DNA of 64,000 nucleotides from Klebsormidium nitens (lineage: Eukaryota; Plantae; Klebsormidiophyceae), in the NCBI GenBank assembly GCA_000708835.1, contig DF237432.1:6108-70107 (forward strand), written 5' to 3'. The notes beneath the pieces are model-generated. The model was not told the DNA's origin. It saw only the letters and a list, made by a program, of their open reading frames with translations, and made no database searches. The translations under genes and the position numbers were made by a program. Positions 1-12,362 of this stretch are shown in pieces (within the stretch, counting starts at the first letter, position 1; each line of letters opens with the position of its first letter).

Positions 1-400
1 TTCTCACAGGCTGCAGATTGGATACGATCAAATTGACTGGAGACATGGGACGGCTTTTACGAGTCTGGTCGTTTTCGTTTGGAATGATTGCTTCCCTGAA
101 GCAGACTTACGCTGCGGACTACACTCGAAGTAACGACGTTCCTCTTGCAAGAAACGTATATGAAGCTGCTTCTTAGCGAAGGCTTCTAATAAGTTCCGAC
201 GACCTTAATGAGCTTCGGAAAGTTGGTTGACCTTGGGAACAACACCCGTGGTCCAACACTCATGTTTATGACTGCAAGTCAGAAGAACTGTCTACACAAA
301 CACTGATCCCTCCTGACGAAGTCACTATCTATGCGAGATTGTGAACAGCTGCGGGATCTAATCAGGCTAGCCAATAAATAGACGCCGTGCTGGTGATAAT

Positions 401-3400
401 TTATGCCGCCGCTGCCCTGTATACGAGCCAGGCCTGCCTGGCAAGCTTCTCCTTCTCAGCAAGGAGGTTCACTTTCCGCTCCATCTCCCGCCGGAGCTCG
501 ATCAGTTTGAGCTGGAAGGCGCTGAAGACGGCATTGCACTCCGCTGCCTCGTCTGGGCAAAAGAAAGCGCAGCTAGATTTCAGGCAGACCTCTCCGGTTC
601 TCGTTGACATCGTGGTACGTGTCAACGAATTTCTCCAGGTAAGAAGGGATCTGCTCCGTGGATTGGGACGCGCGATTACGGGCGCACAATGTAGTAGGGC
701 GCGAATGCAGCAGAAATTTCTATCTGTCCGCGGTCACAGCTTATTCCAAAACGCCAATATCTCTCGCCAATACACGGAAGCCAGTTGCACCAAACACTCG
801 ACTTCCGAAACCCACCGGCGCTGCTGGCGGCCAGGATGCCGAGGTGTTCCCGCACGTTGTTCTTGTGGCGCATGGCCTCCAACTCGGCCCGCTTGGCGTG
901 CGCCGCGAGCGCGTTCTTGCGCTCCCAGTCTCGCTGCAGGTACGCGCGCTGCTTGCTCGCGAGCGCACCCAGGGTCGCGTCGAAGGCGTCCGTGTGCTCG
1001 AGCTCGTTGAAGACTTCGATACCGTTCAGGTCCAGACTAGCCGGAAGCACGTCTGCGGCGGAATCAGAGGGCGGAACGAGTTTGTGGGTGATGATGGACG
1101 GAATGTGAACGGAACGGCGGAACGCACCGGAAGTAAGTGTTGTGGCTGCAATCTCTGCACAATGCTAACGTCTGGTGCCGACCTGATGAGTGCCCTCTGG
1201 CTGCAAAGAACCCTCAAAAAAGTCACGGCAATTACGTCCGCGTGTCTGAAAGATGACACCCTGAACCGAGTTTTTGTCCTGAGACCGAAGGGAAGGCCCA
1301 GAAATGTGACACCTAGAAGAAGGCAGAAAGCAGGCTCGGGAGTACACGATGCATTGCAGGGCAGGGTACACTGGCCGACGTATCTTACATGAATAAGCGG
1401 GGTTTGGAAGATTGATAACCTTGGCGTACATCAAAGCAGACAGAGGACAGAGTTTGAACGAGAGTAGAAAGTTTCGGGGCACCGAAAGAGTCGTTCTCCT
1501 CGCTCGAATGCTTGAAGGACCAGTTCGACGTAACAATCTCACCGTTTTGGGCCTATGTCCAAATTCCCACGAAACAAAGGCAACCGTCTGAGTAAAAATT
1601 ACACAGAGACTCTGTATGTACTGAGAGACAATATCTACAGCAAATCCTCCTCGTTTAGAAATAGACCCGCCGCACTTTATGGAACTCCCTGCACATATCG
1701 ACAACAACTTCCCACGGAACCCGACAGATCTTGCATTACAATCTAACCTGAACTTCCGGCACGTGCTGACAGGGACTCCCTGCACATTATTGGGGGCGCT
1801 GCAGCCTGCGGAAACCTCACCGAGGAGGTCGACGATCGCCCGGAGGCACCGCTCCCGCGCCGCGCGCACCGGCTCCGGCACGTCCGTCTCGCCCGCCGCG
1901 CCGAGCCGCTCCCTTTGCAGCGCCTCCCGTCGCGCGCGCAGCTGCGCGAGCTCCGCCTCGCCCCGCCGGTGCGCGACCTCCAGCTCGACGATGCGCTCCT
2001 CCAGGTCGAGGAGCGCCAGCTCCTCCCGGCCGCGCACGTCGCGCGCGCCCCGGGCGCGCAGCGCGGCGACGAGCGCCGCAATCTCCGCGTCCTCGAGCGA
2101 GTCCCCGTCCGTCTCGCGCGGCACGTACGCCAGCGCCTCGTCGACGGGCTCGGGCGCCAGCGCGCTCGGGACCTTCGGCGGCCGGCCGCGCTTCAACTTC
2201 GGCTTTTTTGCGGGCGCGGGTCTGTCCGTCGCAAGGCCCGGTTTCTTCTTCGGAACGACCCCGGGATCGGCGCCCTGGCCGAGCGACACCGGCTTCTTTA
2301 TGACTTTCTTCAGCTTGGCGGCGGCAGTCGGGGAGAACCCTGGGGCAAACTTTCCCGACCGGTCGCGTTCCTGAGACGAGGCAATCAGTTGGTGGAGCGT
2401 CTGGCTGTCCGTGTTGCCCGTTTTGAGCTTCTTCGCTGGCGGCGGGTCGGTGGACGCCCGGGGCTTGACGAGTTTCGGCCTTCCGGGGCCTTTCTTGGTC
2501 TCTTCACTCGGCTCAGCCGGGCCGGCGTCATCCTCCGGGTGCCGTTTCTTCAAGCCGATCGTGAGGAGGCTCAACTTCTTGAGCTTCTTCTTTCCTGCAC
2601 GGACAGGAAGATTCTGATTTGAGAACATCTCAATGCTTCGCATCGTTTGCAGTCGACTGTGGATGGAGCCCTGAGTAAAACTTCGAAGGTTGCTTTTGAT
2701 CGTTTGCAGTTTACTTGAAAAGTCTGATTGAAGCTTCGATGTATTCTTCTGTGCGTTTGCACTCAGTTTGCACTCAACTCAAAAGTGAAACCGCTCTTGC
2801 CTCTTACTCTGGCAAAGGAACAGGGTCGTCAACCCCATAACGGGGCGTCTTCTTGATACTAACGGATGGCATCGAATCTCTACGCTCGAGAGGCTGAAAG
2901 CTCTGTCCTCATATGCACAATTGCAGATTGTCTGTAATCCTTAGATGCACCAACTTATTCTCGTGACAAAGATGCTGGATCCGTCTCCTGATCTAGGATA
3001 GAAGGGAAAACCGGTGCACCAAGTTTCCCTGGATTCAAAATTCGTACTTGGCATCCCCGAAACTACGATATGCACTCACCAGGGATCGTCCCCTTGAGCT
3101 TCTTGGCAGTGCGCTCGAGCTTCGGCTTCGGAGTCGGTGGGGGCTTCTTGGACGGTCTCCCTAGGCCCATGGCTCGGCAGATATCGCTCTTCAGTTCCGG
3201 AACCTTGATGAGCTTCTTGTGGATGTCGTTGTTTCCGCGCAGGATGAAGAGCATGAGCGACAGTAGCGGCTGGTGCAGCGACCAGATGAGGTCCGCGTTA
3301 ATCTGCGGCTTGATCTGCAAGAACTCCTCCCGAACCACCGCGGGGCCGCGTTCCTTGATGACGTCTTCCATGCCAAAGAGGACGTGACGGGCGCCCTTCT

Positions 3401-5179
3401 TGTTGAGGCGCTTGTTGAGGGAGTACCACGTCTCAGGGCTGTGGAGCAGGGCCGAGTAGCTGTCCTTGATGACTTGCTCGAGCTGGTCAGAAAAGAGGCG
3501 ATGCACTTAGGCGATGCACTTGAAGCATGGAGAAGTGGTGGTTGATACTGCGGTGCAGCCATGAAAAAATTGCTGTCAACTGTCGCAGACTCCTTCTCGA
3601 GTGTGACAGACAAGGAACCGGAACCGCACGGAAAGAGAACAAGGACCTTTATGTAGACCTTTTCGTGGCACCAATATAAGCTTTCTGAAGTGGTCCTGCA
3701 CAAAGTCTGTTCTCGAACCCAACAACTTCTAACGTCCAACTTCAGTCAGTTCACGCTCGCTGTATGCGAGATGGGGTGTTCATTCAATGTATATTTTCTT
3801 AAAGTTGAGGCTGATGTGCGAGCTAATATGTCACCCCAGAGTTACCATTTGTAACAAACCGTTTGCCTTCTTGGATTCAGATTCGCTTGTAAGACATCTC
3901 TTTGCTCTCGCTTGCAGGACATCTCTTTGCTTTCACTGCATTCCTAAAAGTCCAAAAGCTGAAAAGTTTCTAGATGAGAGCAAGAACCCTGTACTTCAGC
4001 CGCAGTCTCAACCCTACTCAACACATACCTTTGTCATGAATCTTGAAGTCTGCCTTCAGAAAAGACATCCATTCAAGCAATTCGGATATCGAATTTAATT
4101 TCCTTCAAGGATTCTCTTGTCACAACAAGTCAGGAAGACGAGAAATCAAGAAGGTGAAATTTAAAGCTGTCATTGTGGCAATGATTGTCCTTAGGCTTGA
4201 TTCAGCCGTTGCACCTTTTCAAGGACCAGCTTGCATCACCGTCGAGCTTTTCAAAAAGCTGTGAACAGGTTATTCAAGATAGCATCTCAAGGATTGTGTA
4301 CAGCAAGATTGGAAAATGAGTAACAAGACTTGTACGTTTCTCCTTTCCTTCCAGTCATATAGGGAGGTTCAGGGAAGCTTGTCCAACAAATCACAAAGCC
4401 ATCACAATCCATCTTACTCATTTACAGGTCACATGAAGAACTTGATTGATGGAAAGCAGATGGCCCCTCACTCTTCCTGGAACTTCATCACCCGTCCAAG
4501 GCGAGTCTAGTGGATCCAAATCTTCTTCCTTTGGGGACACAACTGGAGTTCCTGCAACAGACAAAATGAGAAAATGGGCAACAAAGTGCACTGGGTGACC
4601 ATTCTCCTTCCTGCAACAAGTAGTTCGCAATGCACAATGGTGGTTGATCATGCATCAGTCGCATCAATCATCTGGATATCAGAAGAAACATACCTTCATC
4701 TTCAATGTCCAGCATGTTGACCACTTGCTCATCCTTCTGCGGCGTGGCCATAGCTGTGGCAAGAGTATCTGCAATGCAAAAACAAGATGGGAGTGTTGGT
4801 GGCTTAAGTACAGGGCTTCAAGAGTGCCAGAATGCTAGATCAGACACTGCCTCTGATCCTAATAGATGCAATTGCTGCAATGCTGCATTAAAGAGCGACA
4901 GAGAAGTGCACTCGAATATGAAATTTGTGGTGGAGATATAGTGCATAGATTGCAAAAAACACACTTTCAAGGCTGCTCATCAAATCTCAGAGATGAAGAT
5001 TGATGAATATGGCCAGGGCATATTTCAGTTGAAAACATGTTGTTAGATGTACTTCAGTGTGCATGTAATAGCTTGCACAAACCTGCATCATTTCTAGAAG
5101 GCGCAGCCGTTGGGGTCGTTGCTGGGTCAGACTGCTCCATACCTGAGCCTTGCTTCTTCATTACATGCCTGACTCTCAT
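401..5179 (-). CDS. Uncharacterised Lys/Pro-rich coiled-coil nuclear protein, paralog A (7 exons, ~605 aa)
   Basis: Exons 5083-5179, 4694-4768, 4472-4551, 3080-3482, 1821-2594, 816-1052, 401-552; all GT-AG and phase-compatible. Starts MRVRHVMKKQGSGMEQSD, ends QAWLVYRAAAA*. Every exon has a homolog in the plus-strand gene at 6460-11128. Contains PPAKKLKT (NLS-like) and KRGRPPK (AT-hook-like). Confidence 0.85.
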
Positions 5180-6459
5180 GATTTTGCCCTTGTTCGACCG
5201 TTTAGGAAGATGACGTCCTGCTCAACAATCACGTGTCTCACAGAATTTACCTCAATTTCAGCTTGCATCAGAGAAAATGGATACTGGAAAATTCTGCAAC
5301 AAGTAGCATTCCACCGATTGCTTCCCATAGACAGAACGGTCAGCAGCTCGAGAAGGGAGGACGTGAAGCAGCCTCGAGCTTCGGACTTCGTAATGTGTGC
5401 GCTTTGTTGCTCCTCACTTTTTTTCTGAAAGAGCCAATCTTTGCAGCAACTCGCAATGTCCCGGTGATCACTTATAGGATTTTAGGTGAGTGTCTGGGTC
5501 GTGTAAAGAGCACAAAGAGGGGCATTTTGAAACACGCTGCTTCGTACGATCAGGAGAGCAGGAATTGTGCAGGAAAACAGAAGGCGAAAGAGCGAAGCAG
5601 AGGGACCAACGAACGTTCTCTGGTGGCCGCCACTTTACCGGCCGGCCTAGCAAATCAGCCGAGTCCTCCTTCGAAGTCGGTACTAGGGCGGCGCATGCGC
5701 GGTTCAGGTTTGGCCAGAACTGCGGAATCAGAAACCGTCAGTATCGAACCCAGCTTTCCAGCGCGTCCAGCCTTCTGCTTTCGATTCGAAAAGATAGTCC
5801 GAACAATCATGTCAGGTAATGGTGACAGAACGGATATCGCTCGTGAACCATTACCTCTATCATCGACGTCGAACGGGAAGAGCCCTTCCTCATTCCTCAA
5901 GTTCTTCGACAATCGATAACCGAATCCGGAACTCTTGACGTACGAGCCTCATGCAAGTTGACACCGTGACCGAACCGCAAGATCAGCCTGCACAATTTTT
6001 AGAATGCTCCGCAGATGAAAATGGCGGCCTCCGTTCAGGCGCTTCCTGCTCGGTGCCTCGCTTAGCTTCGCTCTTCTCAACCTTCGCTGCAAGAACGTTT
6101 GTCCTGTTGGCGGATGAAGCTAAGGAGTGCTTAGTGACCACAGCGTGGTAGGCCTGTGAAAAGCAGATGTCCAAACGCAGAGCTGCCTGATTTTATGACA
6201 AGGAGCAAGAAGCCAGCTTTGCACCACAGATCACGAACTTCGAGGTACTCGAAGCCGGCATACGTTTTCTTATCGGGGCTGCAGGCATTGACGTTCAGAT
6301 CAAAGCTGCAGATCTGAGAGCTTTGCAGTCTGATCATCTGCTTGTTCCTAGGCTACAGCCTGTAGATTCTTTTATGCAACCTAAAATCGAGATTTTCTTT
6401 AGCATAGGGGCATTCGTTGATCAAGGAGACGTTTCCAGCACAGTCGAATAAGGACGAGG
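5180..6459. promoter_or_regulatory. Shared divergent promoter/5' UTR region of the paralog pair
   Basis: 1280 bp between two outward-facing ATGs. About 50 nt upstream of each ATG are visibly homologous (gttgagcaggacgtc...gtcgaacaaggg vs gttgatcaaggagacgt...gtcgaataagg), each with an in-frame upstream TGA. Confidence 0.6.
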
Positions 6460-9400
6460 ATGAGGGTCAGGCATGTGATGAACAAGCATGGCTCTGGGTT
6501 GGAGCAGTCTGACCAAGCGGCCACCCCCAGTGCTTCAAACCCTGAAAACAATGCAGGTATGCATATTCCTCCACTTACATGTTTTGGAAGGATTTGATCA
6601 CCAGAACCGAAATTGAGGCAAAGATCCTATGAGTTGGTCACCAAGCGAGTGTCAACCAGCAAGGGGTTTCATGCACCTCTGCATGAACTTGCAATGGCAA
6701 CATTGCAAGTGAATGAACGGGCACATTCTGTTGAAAATCGATTTCGAACTCTATTCTTCTACATCTGTTAGGTGCACTTGCGTTGGCCTGCTTGGATCGC
6801 TTTGCGGAACACTTGCTTGTTGTTGACTGGCATGTATCATATGAGCGGGGGCGCTGATCACCAACTATGCCGGGCATGTTTTGCAGAGCTTCTGGCTACA
6901 GAGTTGGCCAAGGAGCAGGAAATTGAGCTTGTGGATATGCAAGCCCCCTCACAGCTTCCTCAAAACGAAGGTAAGTTGCTTCCTTGTGGAATGTCAGAAG
7001 TAAGTAACCTTCCAATGCGCAGAAGCTTTTGGTGGTTGCTTCCAACGCACAGCCACTTCAACCAAGGGGAAAATAAGGAGCGATTTGTTTCGTGTTGCAG
7101 GAACTTCCATGTTGGCCCCAAAGGAGGAAGACTTGATCGCGCCTGAATCTCCATGGACTGGTGACATGAACTTATCAAAAGTGAGGCGCCTACCTTCAGT
7201 CTTGTACCACAAACCGATTATGTACCTCAATGCCAGAGTGCACGGCAGATTGAAAGCAGGCATAAGAAACGAAAATCACAATGTTTTCAATATAAGACTT
7301 CTTCTGGCTGACGCGATCTCTGTGGCCAACGGGAAGCCTGTTTATTCCTTTACTTAATACTGTGCGCTTAGAGTTTCGTGGAGATCCCTTCCATTTGTCT
7401 CGGGTTTTGGGGCATGGGGTGCCAGGATGTTGCTTCTGCAGCATTGTTGAACAAAACTGGTACCTGATCCTGCACTACCTCTCTATCTTCGTTCTGTTTT
7501 CGTAATTGAAAGAGGCCCCGCTAAGAGGTGCAATTGGTCGAATCCGAGACGGATACAGATCATTGGTCCCCTGAGGACGGGCATTTGTTTCATTGCAAGC
7601 CAGCTTGTGACGAACTCTGATACTGAAGCTGGCGAAGGGTGTAAATCCTCGTCGAAACGAGCATGCATCGTCCATAAGATACTGGCCTTTATTCCTCCGT
7701 CCCTATGTCTAGGCCAATTTTGACTTTGTTCAAAGTTTGCACTGACTTGGAGTAAGTAATCGACTTCGACTCCGAGAGTTGACTGGATTCATCTGCGCAT
7801 TGACTTGACGAATCACGGCGAAAACGATCAGCACAAAAGCACGAACGTACAGGGGTAAAGATGGTTTACCAGCAGGTACTTCTATTCGAGTTTTGTCGTG
7901 CTCTCTGCAGTCCTCCTTCCACCCAGAAAATCCACGACGTGTCTGCAAACGGTCTAAACAAAAGCCTCGCTTCGTGTCCTGTCTGTAGATAGTCTTTCCT
8001 AGTTTTTACAACTGAACGACTTGCCCTCTTTGATCCAGCTTGGCCAGACCGTCGAGAAGAGCTACTCGGCCCTGCTCCACAGCCCCGACAAGTGGTACTC
8101 CCTCAACAAGCTCCTCAACCAGAAGGGCGGCCGCGACATCCTCTTCCGCATGGAAGACGTCATCAAAGAACGCGGCCTCGCCCCCGTGCGTGAAGAGTTC
8201 CTGCAGATCAAGCCGCAGGTCAACGCGGACCTCATCTGGTCGCTGCACCAGCCGCTGTTGTCGCTCATGCTCTTCATCCTGAAAGAACAGAACGACATCC
8301 ACAGGAAACTGATCCGGGTCCCCGAGCTCAAGAGCGACATCTGCAAGGCCATGGGCCTCGGGCGGCCGTCCAAGGTCAAGCCCGCGCCGCCGCCCAAGCC
8401 GAAGCTCGAGCGGCAGCCCAAGATGGTCACGAAGCCGAAGGGGCTGGCCACCGGTACGTCTGGGAGCTACTCTCCCAGAAAGTCGAATTAGCTTGCATCG
8501 TAATTGCGAGGTTGCGGTCTCTGAGCCCGTAGCTTAATTCTCTGAGCCCGTAGCTTAATGGCGCATCTGACAGTCTAGAGTCCGAAGGCCAGTAGCAAGG
8601 TCGCTTTCGAAGAGTTTCAATAATCCTGTTGAGCAATCGACAAGCGAAGAACTGCTCTCCACTTTCTTTCGAATTCAAAGGCCGTTGACTCGTAGATCCG
8701 CGTTAAACCAACCTGATGATACGGAACGTGAGCCACTGTACGGATAACGGACTGGTTCATCTTCGTTTTGACAAGAGGCCAAGGACAGAAGCACTTCGAA
8801 CAGTCTGAAAGATGCCTGCGTTTATGACTTTTCAGGAGCCGATAGTCCAGCAGAGGCTTGCTTTATGGAACTGAGGTTTTCAATTGACTGGTTACGTCCT
8901 GGCCCTGGAAGCTCCGTCGTTTTGAGGCCAACTAAGCTTTGAGGTGCTGGACGACGCCGTCCGACTGATCCCTCTTTCGACGCTTATACTGTCTGGAGTC
9001 CTTGTACAGGAGAAAAGAAGTTGAAGAAGAAGGTCCCCAAACCCGATCCGCTACGGACTCTGTTGTATCCCCCCAGCGGCGCGGGGGCTGCATATGAGGA
9101 CACTAAGGGGGGGGACCAGGAAGCAGGGGCGTCCGGGTTTGCCTTAGGCACCCCCCCGGCCAAGAAACTGAAAACGGGCGATAAGCTGACGGATAGTCAG
9201 ACGCTCCACCAGCTGATCGCAGCGTCCCAGGAACGTGACCGGTCGGGGAAGTTTGCGCCGGGGTTTTCCCCGGTCGCCGCGTTGAAGCTTAAGAAAAAGA
9301 AGGTCACGAAGCCGGGGGCCGACAAAGGCCTGGGGAAAGGCCTCGGGAAACGGCTGGGTAAAAAGACGGAGAAAGCGGCTGAAAACGGGGCTTCTATCAA

Positions 9401-11128
9401 GAAGCTCGCTATAAGCTCCCCGAAAACGTCATCCCGGAAGCAGCTAACCCCCCGGCGCGCTCCCCCGGCCGACGGCGGCGACGGCGCGGGGCCGTCCACG
9501 TCAGCCGAGCCCCGCGCGCCGCGTGTCGAGCCCGTCTCCCGGGAGGACGCGGAGATCGCGGCGCTCGTGTGCGCGCTGCGCACGCGCGGGGAGAAAGAGG
9601 CGCGCGTGTTGGAGGCGATGGCCGTTCCGGAGCTGGACGAGCGGATTGGGGAACTAGAGGCGGCGCGGAACCGCACGGACGCGGAGTTGGTGCAGCTGCG
9701 CGCGCGGCGGCGGGCGCTGATTGGGGAGGGCGACGAGGAGGCGCGCGAGCGGGCGGTCGGGGAGAGCGTGAGGGCGGCGCGCGAGCGGTGCCTGCGGGCG
9801 ATCCGCGACTTGCTCGGTGAGGGCCAAGAACGTGCTCGAAAAGTGGGCACCAAGATTTGTACTGCGGACTGTACTCGAGAAGCGCTTGCGCCAAGAAGTT
9901 GTGTCTTTACGGTCCATTTACGGAACTTCGTCACGTCTCACTGTCAGTAAGTCGGTCAGATTCTTGGTTGATAGTGGTGGCAGTGCGAAGAATGACGACG
10001 CCGTTTTCAAATTTCTGGACCAGAAGGCATTAGCGCTATGTCCGCTTACTCAGACCGCCTTTCACCTCTCGAACTTCTCTTTCTTTTCTTGATTGCTTCG
10101 TCGATCTTTCCTACCCTCAGACGCCACGTCTACGAATTGACTACCTTTCTGAACCGAACACGTTCTGCCAGCTACCCTGGTCCTAGAACAGAAGGCTTGC
10201 GAAAGCTAGAGTAAGAAACCTGTTCGATCCATCGCAGACGTGCTCCCCTCGACCACGGAGACGCCCCCGCTCGCGCTGTTCAACGAGCTGGAGCGCACGG
10301 GCGACTTCGACGCGACCCTGGGCGCGCTCGCGCGCAACCAGCGCACGCACTTGCAGCGCGAGTGGAACCGCAAGAACGAGCTCGCGACGGGGGCCAAGCG
10401 GGCGGAGATGGAGGCCATGTATCAGAAGAACAAAGTCCGGCGGCATCTGGGCATTCCGCCCGCGGACAGCGCAGGTGAGATTGGGACTTTCCTGTGCGTG
10501 CCATAAGGGCGGCTTGTTGGTTTTGGCCTGGGAAGCCGTTTCTGAAGCGTGTCCTGGTCAGTGAGTGTCCTAACGTGGATCGAAGCCCCAGGGGTACCTT
10601 GAGTTGCAATGGCTTCGTGTTTCGTTTGAAGCGAGGGGATAGCTTGCGTCTCTTGAGATCCAATCACGTCATGGCTTATCAGCTTCCTGGTCGCATCTTT
10701 GCGTTCACTTCGAGACGGGAGGACGCTCACACAGCAGGCTTCGGTAGAGAATGAAGTCAAGTCGTAGTCTCCGATTGTCTCTCCTAAGTAAGGGCAGCCC
10801 GGAAGGTGGGAAAGCTGAGGATATTCAGCTCCAGATTGCACGAACTGGTGCTCTTCTATCCTGATGGGAAACGGAAGGAGACAATCGAACGACGTTCAAA
10901 GAGTTCGGTATAATAGTACGCTTTCCCAAGTTCGAAACGCTGAAACTTTCCCACCGTTCGTCTGTCTCTCTGCCAGCGGATCAGCCCGCCGAGTACGACG
11001 CCATCTTCGTCGCGTTTCAGCAGAAGCTGACGGAGCTCCAGCAAGAGATGGAGCGGCAGGTGAAGCTGCTCGACGATACGGAGAACGGCGCCAAGCAAGC
11101 GTGGCTCGCATACAGGGAGGCAGCATAA
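6460..11128 (+). CDS. Uncharacterised Lys/Pro-rich coiled-coil nuclear protein, paralog B (7 exons, ~623 aa)
   Basis: Exons 6460-6556, 6887-6970, 7101-7180, 8039-8453, 9010-9816, 10238-10474, 10977-11128. Same intron phases as paralog A and identical sizes for exons 1, 3, 6, 7 (97, 80, 237, 152 nt). Starts MRVRHVMNKHGSGLEQSD. Confidence 0.85.
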
Positions 11129-12362
11129 AGTATCTCGGCGGAGGGGTATTTATTGGATACGCGCGGACCCCTCCATTTGGAAGCCGCTTTGCAGCCGATG
11201 AAGAGCTTGAAAGATGAGCAGCCGTAATTGACGGTAGCGCATGCACAAGATTATCGGTTTGAAAATGATTGGTACGGCAAAGCTGCTCCAAATGTTACCA
11301 GGTCTCAACACTGTCACCCTGGTCGAATGAACTTCACGTGTCTGACCAGCCCAGGACGCTAAAATCAAACACTTTCGATACGTAATTGCGGTAGCTGTTT
11401 AAGCAGTGATAGCTGGTGAGATACAAGGTATAGAACATTGAAACTGAGTTGTCTACGCTTCTGTCTGCTTTACGACACTGCAGCCATTGCATGCCGTCGC
11501 AAGATATGGCGCACCGAGGCGGCTCTAGGCCCTCCGGTCCGATCACTTGGCCGAATTGTATGCAATAGCTTGCATGGCATGAATCAAACCGGTCAAGTTC
11601 CTTAAGGTCAACTCACAATTGTGAGTTGACTGATGCAACAGTAGATTGCAGTGGGCTGGCAGCCTGCTCCTGATCATCCTATGAGATTGCATGCCAGCTA
11701 TATGTAAGCTCTTAAGGCTCTGCGGGTCTGGCCGCACAGCCAGACGTAAATTGAAGACAGTTGCGACTGTGGCCCGGCTTCAATATAGAGGCTGGCTCAG
11801 CCTTGATCGACCTCTACACGCACTTGGTTAAGCATGCGCTACACACACACGATTGCATGTGAGTTGGTCAAAGCGTTTGCTCATGTGCGCATGATCTGCA
11901 GCATGTGTCTAACTGTCTCCAGGATCGCGTGCCTGCAGGCAGCTAGGCTCTCGACACGTGCAGTCTGGTGTTGATTTCGCAAGCCAACCGAGCCCCTTCA
12001 TTGTCACTGAGGGAATTTTCACCCGGGTAAATTTCCTGAAAGCGGGCCCGCATCGCATACAGCTACTCAACTTGCCCCGTACTTGGAACCTAGGTATAAC
12101 GTCGCAAATAAGTCTGCGCGTGTCCCATCATCCTATGATCTCTTCCTTACTAGCTGGCAAAGCTAATCCAGTAACTCATCCTTTTTCCGAGGACTGGAAC
12201 TTTTGGAACTTACAGAATAGTGTGGCCGTAATGAGATTTCATCCTGGTCTACAGTCAGTCTGTCTACAGCATGCCGCAGTCCTAAGGTGTGCAGTATTTA
12301 TCTATGCAGTCCCTTGTAGTCGTTGACCCAAAAACCTGGCGGCAATTAAAGCATCTGCTCTT

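Noticed and set aside
1679-2622. Long plus-strand ORFs (231 and 235 aa)
   Set aside because: Antisense shadows of GC-rich exon 5 of paralog A; the same applies to ORFs opposite 9010-9816, the URB1 exons and 62557-63825.
5233-5919. 228-aa ORF inside the divergent promoter
   Set aside because: Non-ATG start, no GC3 bias and no recognisable motif.
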